Made by a program: the position numbers and the translations under genes
Origin: Felis catus
Lineage: Eukaryota
Assembly: GCF_018350175.1 (NCBI RefSeq)
Contig: NC_058382.1
Location: 51,400,001 to 51,464,000, forward strand
Length of the DNA: 64,000 bases
Direction of reading: 5' to 3'
Notes under the pieces: model-generated
Databases searched by the model: none
Seen by the model: only the letters and a program-made list of their open reading frames with translations
Told to the model about the DNA's origin: nothing
Shown here: piece after piece, positions 11,001-23,660 of the stretch
Layout: each line of letters starts with the position of its first letter
How positions within the stretch are numbered: the first letter of the stretch is position 1

Positions 11001-12814
11001 TCTCATCTCCTGCTCCCAAAGACCTGCTTGGCTGGTGCTTATGTCCCCTTCCCCTCAAAGAAATCACACCCATGGCCCTGTTCCTCTCCCACTTCCAAAT
11101 TCTCAGAGGCCACAGTTCCTTTGCTCGTGCCTACCTACAAGGATGGAAACAAACATAATGCCCCCCTCTCCCCGCCACCGTGCACTAAAAGTTGCAGGTA
11201 AGCTCTGGGACAGCAGGAGCCACACCCACCAGCATCCCTGCTGCGAGTCACACGCTATCAGCCAATCAACACTTGTTTATTAGACGAGGAATGTCTGTGG
11301 CCTAAGCGAAGGCAAGGAACTCAGACCCGGGGCCACGCTGAGGATTCGCCGGCACCCCTTCCCCCTGCAGCCGAGGACACCGGACGTGGGAAGTGACCCG
11401 GGAGCAAGTCAGTCACTGCAAGGCTTTATTGAAACCCTGTGAGGAAATCTCAGCTGGAAGCAAAGGCAGAATTGGGTCCCTCCGAGGTAGACCTTGGCCT
11501 CCCAGGGCCCCCACGCCTTCCGTGCACAGGAAGACAAAAGCCACCATTTACAGTGCCCCGTAGACAGAGTGAACAGTTAAAGGTGGGGGGAGGGGTGACT
11601 TACCCACAAAAGCCCACCTGCCTTACTAACTTCCTAACCTGGTTAAACTAATATCAAAGCGACTTAAGCCACTTAAGTGCCGTAACTGGGCTAACCGGTT
11701 TGGAGGCCTTTTCTCTCTTCTCCCCATTTCCTGAGCACCTTAGGCAAACCCAACGCACAGCGAAAACTCCTGCACTGGGAAAGCATTTAAAAAAAGAAAA
11801 AGAAAACCGAAGCAGTGTCAACCATTATCTGGACCAACACACTGGGGCCACACAGTCCTCTTATTTCTCAGTTCAGAGTGACAAGGACAAAAATCTAGAA
11901 TAATTCTTCAACACACAACAAGAATTTCACAGCGCTGGATATGAAGGAAGAAACGTATTGTTTTTGGCGTTTAATCTGATGGAAAACATTGGAGTCTGAC
12001 CAAATAAGTACATTTTATGGTTGAAAAATACACACCCAGCACCTCCAAAAGGAGCCCTCCGTTGAGGTGTGGAATGTGGGAAGCAATCTTGACTTACTGC
12101 AACGTTCTGGTTCCAACAGTGATGAGGGAGATGCCCTCAGGTGGCTTCCGGTTAAATGGAGGAGGGAGGGATCAAACAAGAACACAAACAGGTATGAAAT
12201 ATTCCTTTGTGCCAAGCACGAGGGGGGAAAAAGGGGGTTCTGTGAGAGAAAATAAGGTCAAGGGCAAAGGGTGAGGAGCGGGGGGGGGGGGGGGTGTCAT
12301 AGGAGGCCTTGCTGAGGACAGGCATTTTCATGAGACTAGATCCCTTTCCTGGCAGGGGAAGTCTGAGGAGGAAGAAACCGGGAAGGGACAGGAGGGAGCA
12401 GGGACCCAGCGAGCTACCAGAAGGATGGAGCCCGAGGACGTGCTTAGGCGTCCCCTAAGCTCACCTTCAGAAGGACAGGAAAGGCCTCACATCCGTGGGG
12501 AGGCGGCTGTGCTAACACTGACAGCTGCCCCCAGCTACCCACCCAAGGGGACTCCTCTCCCTCAGAGGGCAGAGGAAGCCAGAGACAAAGAACCCGCTGC
12601 GCCCCCTTCTGGACTGGATACTGTTCCCACATTAAGCGTCAACCTTTTCCAGTTTCAAAGACCTAGAAACCCTGTCACATAACTTAGCTGCTCAATTTAA
12701 CAATTCAGTGCCTGCGGACCAAGAGCCAATATCCTACGCAGGTCACAGTTTCCCACTTTACACTTTGAAAAAGGAGATACTGTAAGATAATGTTAGCAGT
12801 TGTTTCCTGTCTCA

Positions 12815-13038
12815 TTTTTTAGGTTAATTTTTTTATTTAGAGGGAAAGAGGAGAGAGGGAGGGGCAGAGAGAGGGAGGGGCAGAGAGAGAGGGAGAGAGG
12901 GAATCCCAAGCAGGCTTCGTGCTGTCAGCACAGAGCCTGATGCAGGTCTCGAACTCACGAGCCTTGAGATCATGACCTGAGCTGAGATCAAGAAACAGAT
13001 GCTTAACCACTTAACCAACCGAGCCACCCAGGCATCCC
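12815..13038 (-). mobile_element. Can-SINE
   Basis: Minus-strand head ending ...gagccacccaggcatccc, with a GA-rich body. Confidence 0.92.
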
Positions 13039-15492
13039 TATTTCCTATTTTGGATTTCAGTGGCCAAATAATACATAAAGGACACATGCAGGGTATAAAT
13101 CATACGTCAAGAAATTGCCTTTTACAACACCCCTCCCTCTAGGTCCTGTTTTTAAATTCTATCAAAGGCTTTAAACTTAACAGAAAAAGGGAGACTGCAG
13201 ATTCCAGAAAGGACAAGGTCCTTGTCCTAAGTGACTCGTACCCCCGCACTTATACCTAAGAGTCAAAAACTGATTCAATGGATTAGTGATGTGACACAAT
13301 ATAGCTTAAAGAAAGGCCTTAAAGTGGTAATAAAAAGACAACCCCCATGGGCAGTACCAAAAGTCTCCTTCTCTTTTTAGGAAAGACCAATAGAATAACA
13401 AAGGACCCCCCAGGAGACTGGCTGGACAAACTACTGGCAAAGATAAATATATTTGTGGTTATCAAAAATTAATTTAATTTTTACTTTTTAATTTTTAACC
13501 CATTGCTCACCTTGGCAACAACAAAAGAATATTGTAACCTCAGTCAAGACATCACATTCTTGTTTTTAAGAAATTATTTTGTCCAAACGAGAGCACCAAA
13601 GAATAAATAACCGATTGGTTGCCCAACATGTATGAGGATCCCCCAAAGAGGAAACCTCGCAGCTCAGAGTAAGCGAAAAGCTTGAGGAAGCATAGCAAAT
13701 ATGAAACAGGAGTCCATCGTCCAGGGGTTGGAGGAGGAGAGAAAGCAAGCATCAGAGAAGCGAGGGACTAGGCAATAAGGAAACGCTGAGAAAGTCTTTA
13801 ATGGGAGAAAACCACTGGCATGAGAATATCTTGGAATTTTGTGAAGAAGGGACAAAAATTAAGATAAGATGGAATGGCACAGAGACCATGTAGGAGGGAA
13901 ATGCTCAACATAAAAATGAAATAGACCAGAGGTAAACTTGAAGTTCTATTGCTTGCTAACTGGGCATAAGCACTCTGAACTTCTGGTTGCTTTCCCCCCA
14001 CAACCCCCCCCCATCTGTAAAATAGGAATAAACGTACCTCTAACTTGGGATTTTTCGCACTGATCAAATAAGTGAATATTTACCAGGCACTGCGCTAAAT
14101 TGTCAACCGCTCCATAAACAGTAACATAAAACATAGAGCCGTCGTGACTTTCAAAAAAGAAATCAGAGGCTTGAGATGACAGAAAAATTGTTTACCCGGG
14201 TTCTCAAGAATAAGTGGGACTATCTGGACCAACGATCAGGCTGAGGAGACAAAATCTGACATTCTTACGGCAAAAGCATACTGACACTGATAACATCCTC
14301 TGTGCTCTACAAAGCACACAATTCCAGGAAAACAAAGCAGAACTTTTTGCCATCTGCATCGACACAGGCAGAGATGGTTTAACAGACAGGCCCCCACATG
14401 TGGACGCACCTTTTGAAAAAAGAATGTATATTCAGGATTCCCTATTATGGTCGGAGGGAGCGGGAAATCTCTTACATTTGGGGAGAAAAAACCCAAAAAT
14501 ATACATGCCAACAAGAATCTGGCATTTCCCATCCTTTTTTTTGACAGCAATATTACCATCAACTAGATTCACAACACAAATATGACTTAGAAGGGGATTT
14601 TTAGGTTTTCCCGATTCACGCACCCAGTAATCGCCCTCCAAAAAACTGTACAGCCAGCTCACAATGCACGTTTAATCAGACACTATCAATATCCCCCAAC
14701 TGCTCACAGCCTGGGGAGAGAGGAGACCATGAAGCTAGGAGTCCCAGTTTTTTCGATTCTGTGGCAGTTAAGCGAGAGACTGGTTTATCCTTTCTTACTC
14801 CTGAAGAAGTTGACAGACCTCTCAGATACGGACACAAATCAGATCTAGTCCCTGATTTGTAAAGTGGGAATAATAATATCACTTCCCTGAGAGGATTTTT
14901 AGAGGATTAGAGGAACTAATACTTCTGAAGTGCTAAGAACAACTTTGGCACAGAGAGACACGTAGTACATGTTTATTATTATCATTATTCCATGTGGTTA
15001 TTTGAGGGAACAAAGTCATGTCGTTTTCGAACAGAGTATAGTTATCCTAATTTTGCCCTTCAATTGGGCCTGAAATTCTGAGGTGGCGTAAGTATTCTAT
15101 TTATCGAGACAATAATGGGAGGACTACACAAGGCTTTAAGACTGGCAAAGAGACATATTAATGGCGTTTTTGCAAATGTAACTGGAGATATTTAAAGACA
15201 GGAGAAATCATGGATTTTTTTCACCTCGGAGAGTTGCTTAACTCAAAGGTTCTACGTTTTAGTTTTGACTCGTTTGTTGGTTTCTTTCGATGGGGACAGC
15301 AAAGACAGAGGGCAGGTGGAGAGAAAATCATCACCGGGCTGCTCCTCGTCAATGACCCCTTTGGCCCCACTAGAACTTTTTGCCACCTGCATCTACACAG
15401 GCAGAGGTGGTTTAAGGTTGCTTCTCATCTACACGTTTACAGGTTAAAATGTTGAAACCCAGCGTCGGTCCACTGTGAACACCCCATCTCTT

Positions 15493-15719
15493 TTTTTTTT
15501 TTTTAATTTTTTTTTTCAACGTTTATTTATTTTTGGGACAGAGAGAGACAGAGCATGAACGGGGGAGGGGCAGAGAGAGAGGGAGACACAGAATCGGAAA
15601 CAGGCTCCAGGCTCTGAGCCATCAGCCCAGAGCCCGACGCGGGGCTTGAACCCACGGACCGCGAGATCGTGACCTGGCTGAAGTCGGACGCTCAACCGAC
15701 TGCGCCACCCAGGCGCCCC
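15493..15719 (-). mobile_element. Young Can-SINE
   Basis: Perfect 17-bp TSD tgaacaccccatctctt, long T tail and retained CpGs. Confidence 0.96.
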
Positions 15720-18700
15720 TGAACACCCCATCTCTTATCCAGCGGCCCTCCATTAAAAAAAGGCAGCGACATGGGGAAAAGGATGCTTTGATTAGCCCCA
15801 AGAATAAATGGAATGTCCCTACTGGGAGGAAACAAAAAAAAAAAAAAAGCAAAGTTGCCTTTCTGGAGAATACGGCAGAATGCACCAGGACCACAGATTA
15901 CTGTTCCCAAGTTACATGCTGGCCACATTCGGCGAACACCTGAGCGGATCACTCCAGATGTGCCCTGAGCCCCCTGCCTCTGGTACACACGGATGCATCA
16001 CTGAGCAAAGACCAGTTCTCCCGGTGACGCCTGACCTCCGCCAGGCAGGGGAAGTCTCCATGTCCTGTCCGTCTCTATGGCTTTCTGAGTCGTGATGCTA
16101 AGGATGAATGAGCAAGAAGAGCTAAAAAAAAAAAAATCTTTCTGCAGAAGTTCTTCAGGTTGCCTGGCGTCCCCCCCCCCTTTCTTGGCTTGGGGTGTCT
16201 CGACTACTTCTTCAAACACTCCAGGAAGTAGAGCCCAGTAGACTTTTCTTTTGGGAGGAGACCTCCTCACTGCTAGCAATTCAGGGAAGGAGGCCTTCAA
16301 TACAGAACGGGCACCCGTGCCTCAGAGAGAGCCCTTGCTCATCAGCCAGCGGGCCTTATGTACAAAAACTACGGTCCCGGGGGGTGTCAGTTTCTTCAAC
16401 TTGGGTTCAGAGCACTAAATATCACTTAAAACTTCACTGCCCCCATCAGGGGGACCTCTGACATCCCTAAACTGACGTATTTAAGAGCACAACTGGAAAG
16501 GCGAAGCTATCACACCTCACAAAGTGGATAGAAGCCTATTTCAATTGCTTCTTTTGGAAGCAGCCTCCAAGAGAACCGACTCAGTCATAGCCAGAGGGGG
16601 AAAAAAACCTCAAAAATCAAAGATTACAACAATTAGAATGACTCAACATCAGGTCCACACTTTACCCAGTCCACATCTTCCACTTCCAATTCCATCCCCC
16701 CACCACCACATGCCTTCTGTTTCCTCCCCTATGTGTAGATCTTTCTGAACTTCCTTTTCCTCCTCTGAGATTTCTCCCTCCCTCCCCCCACCCCGGCCAG
16801 CATCCACACTCCCAAAACTAACATCATAGCAAAAAAAAAAAAAGAGAACTAGCCTTTGCTTTCCCTTACACTAGACAAATTTGGCTCCAAAACAATATTA
16901 ACTAACATGGCTTTGACCATGTGCAATGGTTTAAGCTACTGACACAAAGATGAATCGACTCTTTCCTCCGAGTACTTCAACTATAACCGTCTGTACTGGT
17001 ATAGAGGATGCCATTCTCGCGGCTCTTCAGAGAGGTTAATAACATACTGATGAAATCTATTCATGTGGCTAATTAAAAATATGCCTGTTGAAATAAACAC
17101 GTAATGACTTCAACAGCCCAAATCTCACGAGACCAGAGTGTAGGGATTCACAGTGCAACACTGGGTTGGGATGTATAAGCCCATTCGGTTTCCATTTATG
17201 CCTGTGTCCATTCTCATAAGGGTAGAGACCTCCAAAAAGCTTGTCTTTTTTTTTTAATGTATTAATGCCAGAATGGTTGACACGTTTACCCTATTGTATG
17301 TATGTTAGTATTAATTTCAAAAAAATACACAAATGCTCATAAACGCACATAATTTTTATAAGCAGCCTTAGAAAAAATCTATGTTTCAACATTTAGTAAT
17401 TAATCCAAGTGGTTAATAATGATCAGCAGAGGTTGGGGAATGTCTCCTTCTCCTCCTCCCCCCTTTCCTTTATTGTCCCACCTAGAGGAATAGTTCGTTG
17501 CTTCCTATGTACCAGACAGTCGACAAGGCATCCTATCTGCAAAATCCCACCTGTCGCACAACTCAGTTTGATGGGTACTTCCATTAACTTCTCTGTATCT
17601 CGGGGCTGGCTGACCACACAGCCTCTGCTCGCTCTTAACCACACATCCAGTTAGGATTCAGGAAAAGTTCCAGAAACGCTGTACTGTTCAACTGAAATTT
17701 ACTAAGAGTACAACTCAAATGTTTTCACAAAAATAAACGAACGCATAAATGAATGAACATACATATGTGAGGTGACGCGTTAACTAACCCGAAGAGGGGG
17801 ACGGACGGTGTATGTGTATCAAATCACATCATATGCTTTAAATATTTTACAACTGAATTTGTCTAGTATATCTCCATAAAGCGGAAAAAAAACCCACAAA
17901 AAAACACGGGTTCCGGAGAGGTTATGACTTTTGTGGGGAGTACGATAGCAGCCCATGCTACTTACTCCGAAGGTGGGACTCTTGACAACTAAATACTTCT
18001 GAGATGGCTTAAGGTAGGTCCTAACCTCCCGTCAAGATGGATCCAAAGGACATGGAGAAATACCCATAAATTCAGCTCTCCAGAAATGAAGGCTGGGGTC
18101 AAATGGCACTAACATCAGAGTCATCCTTCTGACTTCCCCTCCCCATTTTCACACCGAAGCGGGGGGTGTTCGACAGTGTCACTGAGAAAGCTTCTCCGTG
18201 GATCTAGAGGGAACTGGCTCAATTGTCCTCTGGAATGTAGCCTTACTGGACATCACTGATCTCGTTCAAGATTTCCTTCTGCAAAACTCTGGTTTCTTCC
18301 CTTCTAGTTCACTGCAAGAGCTTTGACGGCAGGCCTGGGACACTCTGCTTTGCAACCACTACGGCAGGTCCTGCCTGTCATCTTTGGGAAGGACATACAC
18401 AGAATAATAAGAAAGGGAAACCACGTCTTCCCAGCTCCTCAGAAAGCTATAACACGCCCTGACAATAAGAACAGACATCAAAGCTGCATGACCCTTACAA
18501 GCAGTTTGGTCATGAAGACCTTCTCATCTAGGGAAGACTAAGGAGGGAGCCATTCGACAGTGTTATGTCACATAATCCTCTGTGCTCCAGCCTTTTCTTG
18601 AGAATCAGACAGTTTCAAAGGAAGCTTAAGAAAGGATGTCATTTGGAAAACACATGACTACCATAATGGCTGTTGGTTAATTGTGAGGGACCAAGCGGAG

Positions 18701-19221
18701 ATAGCTAGCAGGTCTGGATTTAATAAAAACCAGACTCTCCACCAACTTCGCATGGGACCATGCCCCCAGCCTCTCCCCCTAGATCATTCCAGGCTTTGGT
18801 GCTATGTCGGCTAATAAACAGTCTTCCTTCTTCACATGTCATGTCAGCATCCTGTGGAGGGAGGGGCACGCTACATGTCTGAGAAGAAATAGTCATAACT
18901 CATATTCATCGAAGTCATGTCTTTTAATGTCAGTTTCAGAGGTTAAACTTGGGCTTCCAACCTCCAATTCTCATTTTCTCTAACGATGTCTTACCAAATG
19001 AGGCATTATGTGGTTAACAATGTTGACAAATGTCAACACACGCTTGATCTCTTGAGCTCCCAACGCTGTCCTGCCCTGTCTTCTCATTCCAGTTTGGTCA
19101 TGTAGTGCCACAGGTCCAGAATAAAGCGGGGGCCTCCTGTCTTGTCTCTCTGTTGGCAAGCCCTACCCTCTCTCACTCCAAAGTCATTTTTCTAAAGCAT
19201 CACTTAAAACAGGTCACATTT

Positions 19222-19442
19222 GGGGTGCCTGGGTGGCTCAGTCGGTTAAGCGGCCGACTTCGGCTCAGGTCATGATCTCGTGGTCTGTGAGTTCGAGCCC
19301 CGCGTCGGGCTCTGAGCTGACAGCTCAGAGCCTGGAGCCTGTTTCAGATTCTGTGTCTCCCTCTCTCTGACCCTCCCCTGTTCATGCTCTGTCTCTCCCT
19401 GTCTCAAAAATAAATAAAACGTTAAAAAAATAAAAATAAAAA
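19222..19442 (+). mobile_element. Can-SINE inserted in an L2 remnant (~19050-19940)
   Basis: TSD aaaacaggtcacattt. Confidence 0.95.
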
Positions 19443-19958
19443 AAAACAGGTCACATTTGTGCTCTAAGATGAGAGCCAAACAAAGAAATATGGATCTCAA
19501 ACTGCTTTGCAGTCCAGTCCAGTCCAAATCCAGCCCCAGTCGCCTCTCAAACCATCTTCACTCCTTTGTTATTAAACTCTAGGTACACTGGCTCCATCGA
19601 TGTTCCATCAACAGGACAGCCCAGCTCCCACCCGGACCATTGTGATTACTGTGTCCTGCATCTAGAACGCTCTATTCCCAGACACCTCCCTTAGTTTTGC
19701 CGAAAAGCTGCCTCTTCAAACCACCCTATAAAACAAAGCAAATATCGCCTTTCTCTATCTCAGTCAGCTTTATTTTTCCATAGAGCCCTTATCCTTTCTT
19801 GATGGTCTATCTCCTAGCTATTTGCTTTTGTGTTTCTTGGTTGTTGCTCCCATTAGTTACATAAAGCCTGGGGCTTGTGTTTCTCTTGCTCGTCTCCAGC
19901 ACGTGGTAGGTGCTCTGTAAACATTGGCAGAGTTAATGAACTAGAAATAAAGCAACAT

Positions 19959-20184
19959 GGGGCGCCTGGGTGGCTCAGTCGGTTTAGCGTCCGACTTTAG
20001 CCAAGGTCATGATCTCACCGTTCATGAGTTCAAGCCCCGCACCGGGCTCTGTGCTGACAGCTCAGAGCCTGGAGCCTGCTTCGGATTCTGTGTCTCCCTC
20101 TCTCTCTGCCCCTCCCCTGCTCATGCTCTCTTTCTCTCAAAAATAAATAAACGTGAAAAAAAATGAAAAATTAAAAAAAAAAAG
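19959..20184 (+). mobile_element. Can-SINE
   Basis: Head ggggcgcctgggtggctcag; TSD aa(a/g)gcaacat. Confidence 0.94.
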
Positions 20185-20595
20185 AAGGCAACATGCTTAG
20201 TACTAAAAGAGACATAAAAACAGGGAAGATATTAATGCTTACATTTAAGGATGTTTCTCCTTTGGGAGACAAACATATAACCAATTAATCAGATAGATTA
20301 TGTCCCTCTCCTGATTCGTCATTATGATTTATTTACATGCTTCTCTCATAAACTTCTTTACCATCTTGCACGTTACTACAGCACTTATGAAAGAGAGGTA
20401 TATGCTCTTGGAACTTAGCTGGCATTGGCATGACACTCAACTCATGCTGAAGGAACGAGGAATATACAAAATTCCACGGGAATGCAAAGTCAGACCACCT
20501 CTGAGAATGATATCAAACTCTTGTACATTGAGAAGTGGCTGAGGGTTTTGAAGGGAAAGCCAGAAGAACCCATCTATGTTAAAGAAAACTGGCAA

Positions 20596-20804
20596 GGGGC
20601 ACCTGGGTGGCTCAGTCAATTAAGCGTCCAACTTCGGCTCAGGTCATGATCTCACAGTCTGAGTTCAAAACCCAGGTTGAGCTCTGTGCTGACAGCTCAG
20701 AGCCTGCTTCAGATTCTGTGTCTCTCTCCCCCTCTGCTCCTCCCCCGCTTGTAATCTGTCTCTCTCTCTCAAAAATAAACATTAAAAAATACTGAAAAAA
20801 AGAA
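20596..20804 (+). mobile_element. Can-SINE
   Basis: TSD aaagaaaactggc. Confidence 0.93.
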
Positions 20805-21964
20805 AAAGAAAACTGGCTAGACCCAAGTTGTAGGGATTCTGCCTTCCCTAACAGTGGAGGGATATGCTCATTTGACACTCTGTATAGGCTGCCTGCCATT
20901 TTTGTGAAACAGGCCAAAAATTTAGACAATAGAAAATTATAAAATTACACGTTAAGTAACATCCAGTTTATCAACTCATGATACCATCATTGCTTCAGAT
21001 TGCTTTCTCAAAGAGCCTAAGCATTCCAGATACAGGCATTGCGGTACTGAAATCTAAACTGTCAATACCAAATCAGTTCAGATTGGTATTTTCACAGGAG
21101 TATCGCTGTCAAAACTCTAACTCCTTGCTAGCTGAAAAGCAATCATCAGGAGATTATCGGCACTCCCTGCTATTTATATTCTCACCATGCACACTTCCTG
21201 GGCTTCTGAGTTTGGAGAGTAGGGAATCTAGGTAGCGGATGTCTAATACACATTTGCCAAAAGGAGTGATGGTCCTAGAAGAAACAACTGGCACGTGTCC
21301 TGTGACTCAGCCAGAGTGGCACAGAGTCTGCCTCGATTTGCGAGATGGCGCAACTCGTTTGGGGGGGGGATTACGTGACGCTCCTCCATTCCCAAGGCTG
21401 CTGCCCACGGACGCACGGCATCAGGAAGACAGATGTTTTTCCTTGTTTCTGTAGTGGTGATGGGTTATGTCAAAGTCTCCACCCCACTTTGCCCCGCCTT
21501 CTTTGGAAATGACAGCACTCATTTGTTTCAAAGGTAGCTGGAGCTGGAAGCCAAGCCAGTAACCAGCTGTCAGAGATGTGATGAGGTACGCCACGTGGGG
21601 CCCACTCATTGGGTAGCTGCAGAGAGGGGCTGGGCGGCTGACTGGGCTTCCCAAGCTCTCGCGGGGGTGGTGGGGAAGAGCCAGAGATGAACACTGTGTT
21701 GGAAACGGCTGGTCCCAATTTTCTTCAGTATTTACCTTCTCCCGCCCCTCCTTCACCCCCTGCCTTAAGGTAAAACCAAGGAAAATAATCATAGGATTCT
21801 GGGATGATAGCATTTGTGTACTTCATCCCCTCTGATTTTACAGAGAAAGAAAATGGGCTCCACGGAGAACAAAGGAATTGCCCAAAGCCAACCTTCTAGA
21901 ATACAGACTACAAACTGGGGTCCACAGACCCAGGCTGGCCCTCTGTAGATTTCCCCCCCCCCCG

Positions 21965-23660
21965 CTTTATTGAGATGTAATTGACAAATGAAAACTATAT
22001 ACACTTAAGCTGTACAGTGTGATGTTTTGATAGACGCACACAGTGCGAAATGGTTACCAGAATCAAGCTAATTAACATATCCATCGCCTCGCAAGGTTAC
22101 CATATATTATGTACCTGTGCTGAACACTGTAAGATCTTCTCTTAGCAAATTTCAAGTATTCAATACAGTACTGTGAACTACAGTCACCATGCTATACATT
22201 AGATCTTCAGAATTTATTCGTCTTGCCTAACTGATATTTTGAACCCTCTGACCAACATCTCTCCATTGCCCCCACCCGAGGTCCATGGCAATCCCCATTC
22301 TACTCTCTGATTCTAAGGGTCGACTTCTTTAGGTTCCACGTACAGGCAGTATTTGTCTCTCTCTGCTTGGCTTATCCCACTTAGCACAAGGTTCACCCAG
22401 TTCATCCATGTTGTTACAAATGACAGGATTCCTTCCTTCTTTATGGCTGAATACTACTCCATTGTATGTGTGTACCACATTTTCTTTATCTGCTCATCCC
22501 GATAGGCACTTAGGTTGGTCTCCTCCCTTGGCTATTGTGAATGAGGCTGTAGTGAACGTGAGGAGGCAGAACCCTCGCTGAGACCCTAATTTCATTTCCT
22601 TTAGATATATATCCAGAACTGGAATTGCTGGATCATATGGTGGTTCGATTTTTGTTTGAGAAACCCCCATACTGTTTTCCGTAACGACCACATATTCCCA
22701 CCAACAGCGTACGAGGGTTCCCTTTTCCCCACGTCTTTGCAACACCTGTTATCTTGTCTTTGTTGATCATGGCCATTCTAACAGGTGTGAGGTGATATCT
22801 CATTGTAGTTTTGATTCACATTTTCTTGCTAATTAGCAATGTTTAATATGTTTTCACATGCCTGTTGGCCATCTGCACGTCCACTCAGGTCCTTTACCCG
22901 TTTTTAAGATCAGGATATTTGTTTTCTGGCTGAGTTGCCCGAATCCCTGATATATTTAGGATATTAACCACTTATCAGATAATACAGTTTGCAAACTGTT
23001 TTCCATTCCGTAAGTTGTCTCTTCACTTTGTTTATTGTCTCCTTTGTTGTGCAGAAGCTTTCTAGTTTGATGCAATCCTATTGGTCTATTTTTGCTTTTG
23101 TTGTGTGTACTTTTTGGGTCACATCCGAAGACTCATTGCCCAGAGCAATGTCAAGATGCATTTTCCCTATATTCTCTTCTAGTAGTTGTTAAAAAAGAGG
23201 CAAGAGTCCCCAAAGAGAGTCACTTACGCTACATGCCCCTGTCACCATACTTAACTTAATTACGGTTTTGGCCTCTTTCAGGAATGCAATCTTAAACCAG
23301 TCAATCAGAAACTACCCGGTCAGCACTACGACATAATTTGCCTGAAAGACCCCTGTTTTTTCCCCTAAAGGACGGTGGCCTCACCACAACCAATCTACTT
23401 TTGTTTTTTTTGCCAATATAATTTTCTTGTCCCACTCCCTTCTGCCTATAAAAATCTTCCCTGTTGTACAGCTATTCCTGGTGTTCTTTTCTATCCGTTA
23501 CATGGGTTGCTGCTTACTTCACAAATCGTGGCACAAAGCCAACCCGATCTTTAAAATTTACTCAGTTGAATTTTTGTTTTCTGACATAGTTTTACATTTT
23601 CCAGTCTTCGGCTTAAGCCTTTAATTCATTTAGCTGCACCGTTGTAAAGGTATTTTCACG
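21965..23660 (-). mobile_element. Old LINE-1 3' part (L1MA-like), interrupted by an LTR
   Basis: The minus ORF 22494-22745 contains L1 ORF2 remnants (CWWE, PYDPAIP). Typical L1MA 3'UTR start ctttattgagatgtaattgaca. Confidence 0.88.
23187..23586 (+). mobile_element. 400-bp ERV1-type solo LTR
   Basis: TG...CA termini, 4-bp TSD tagt at 23183-23186 and 23587-23590, CCAAT near 23391, TATA box ctataaaaa near 23447. Removing it restores the L1 sequence ttctagtagttttaca. Confidence 0.85.
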
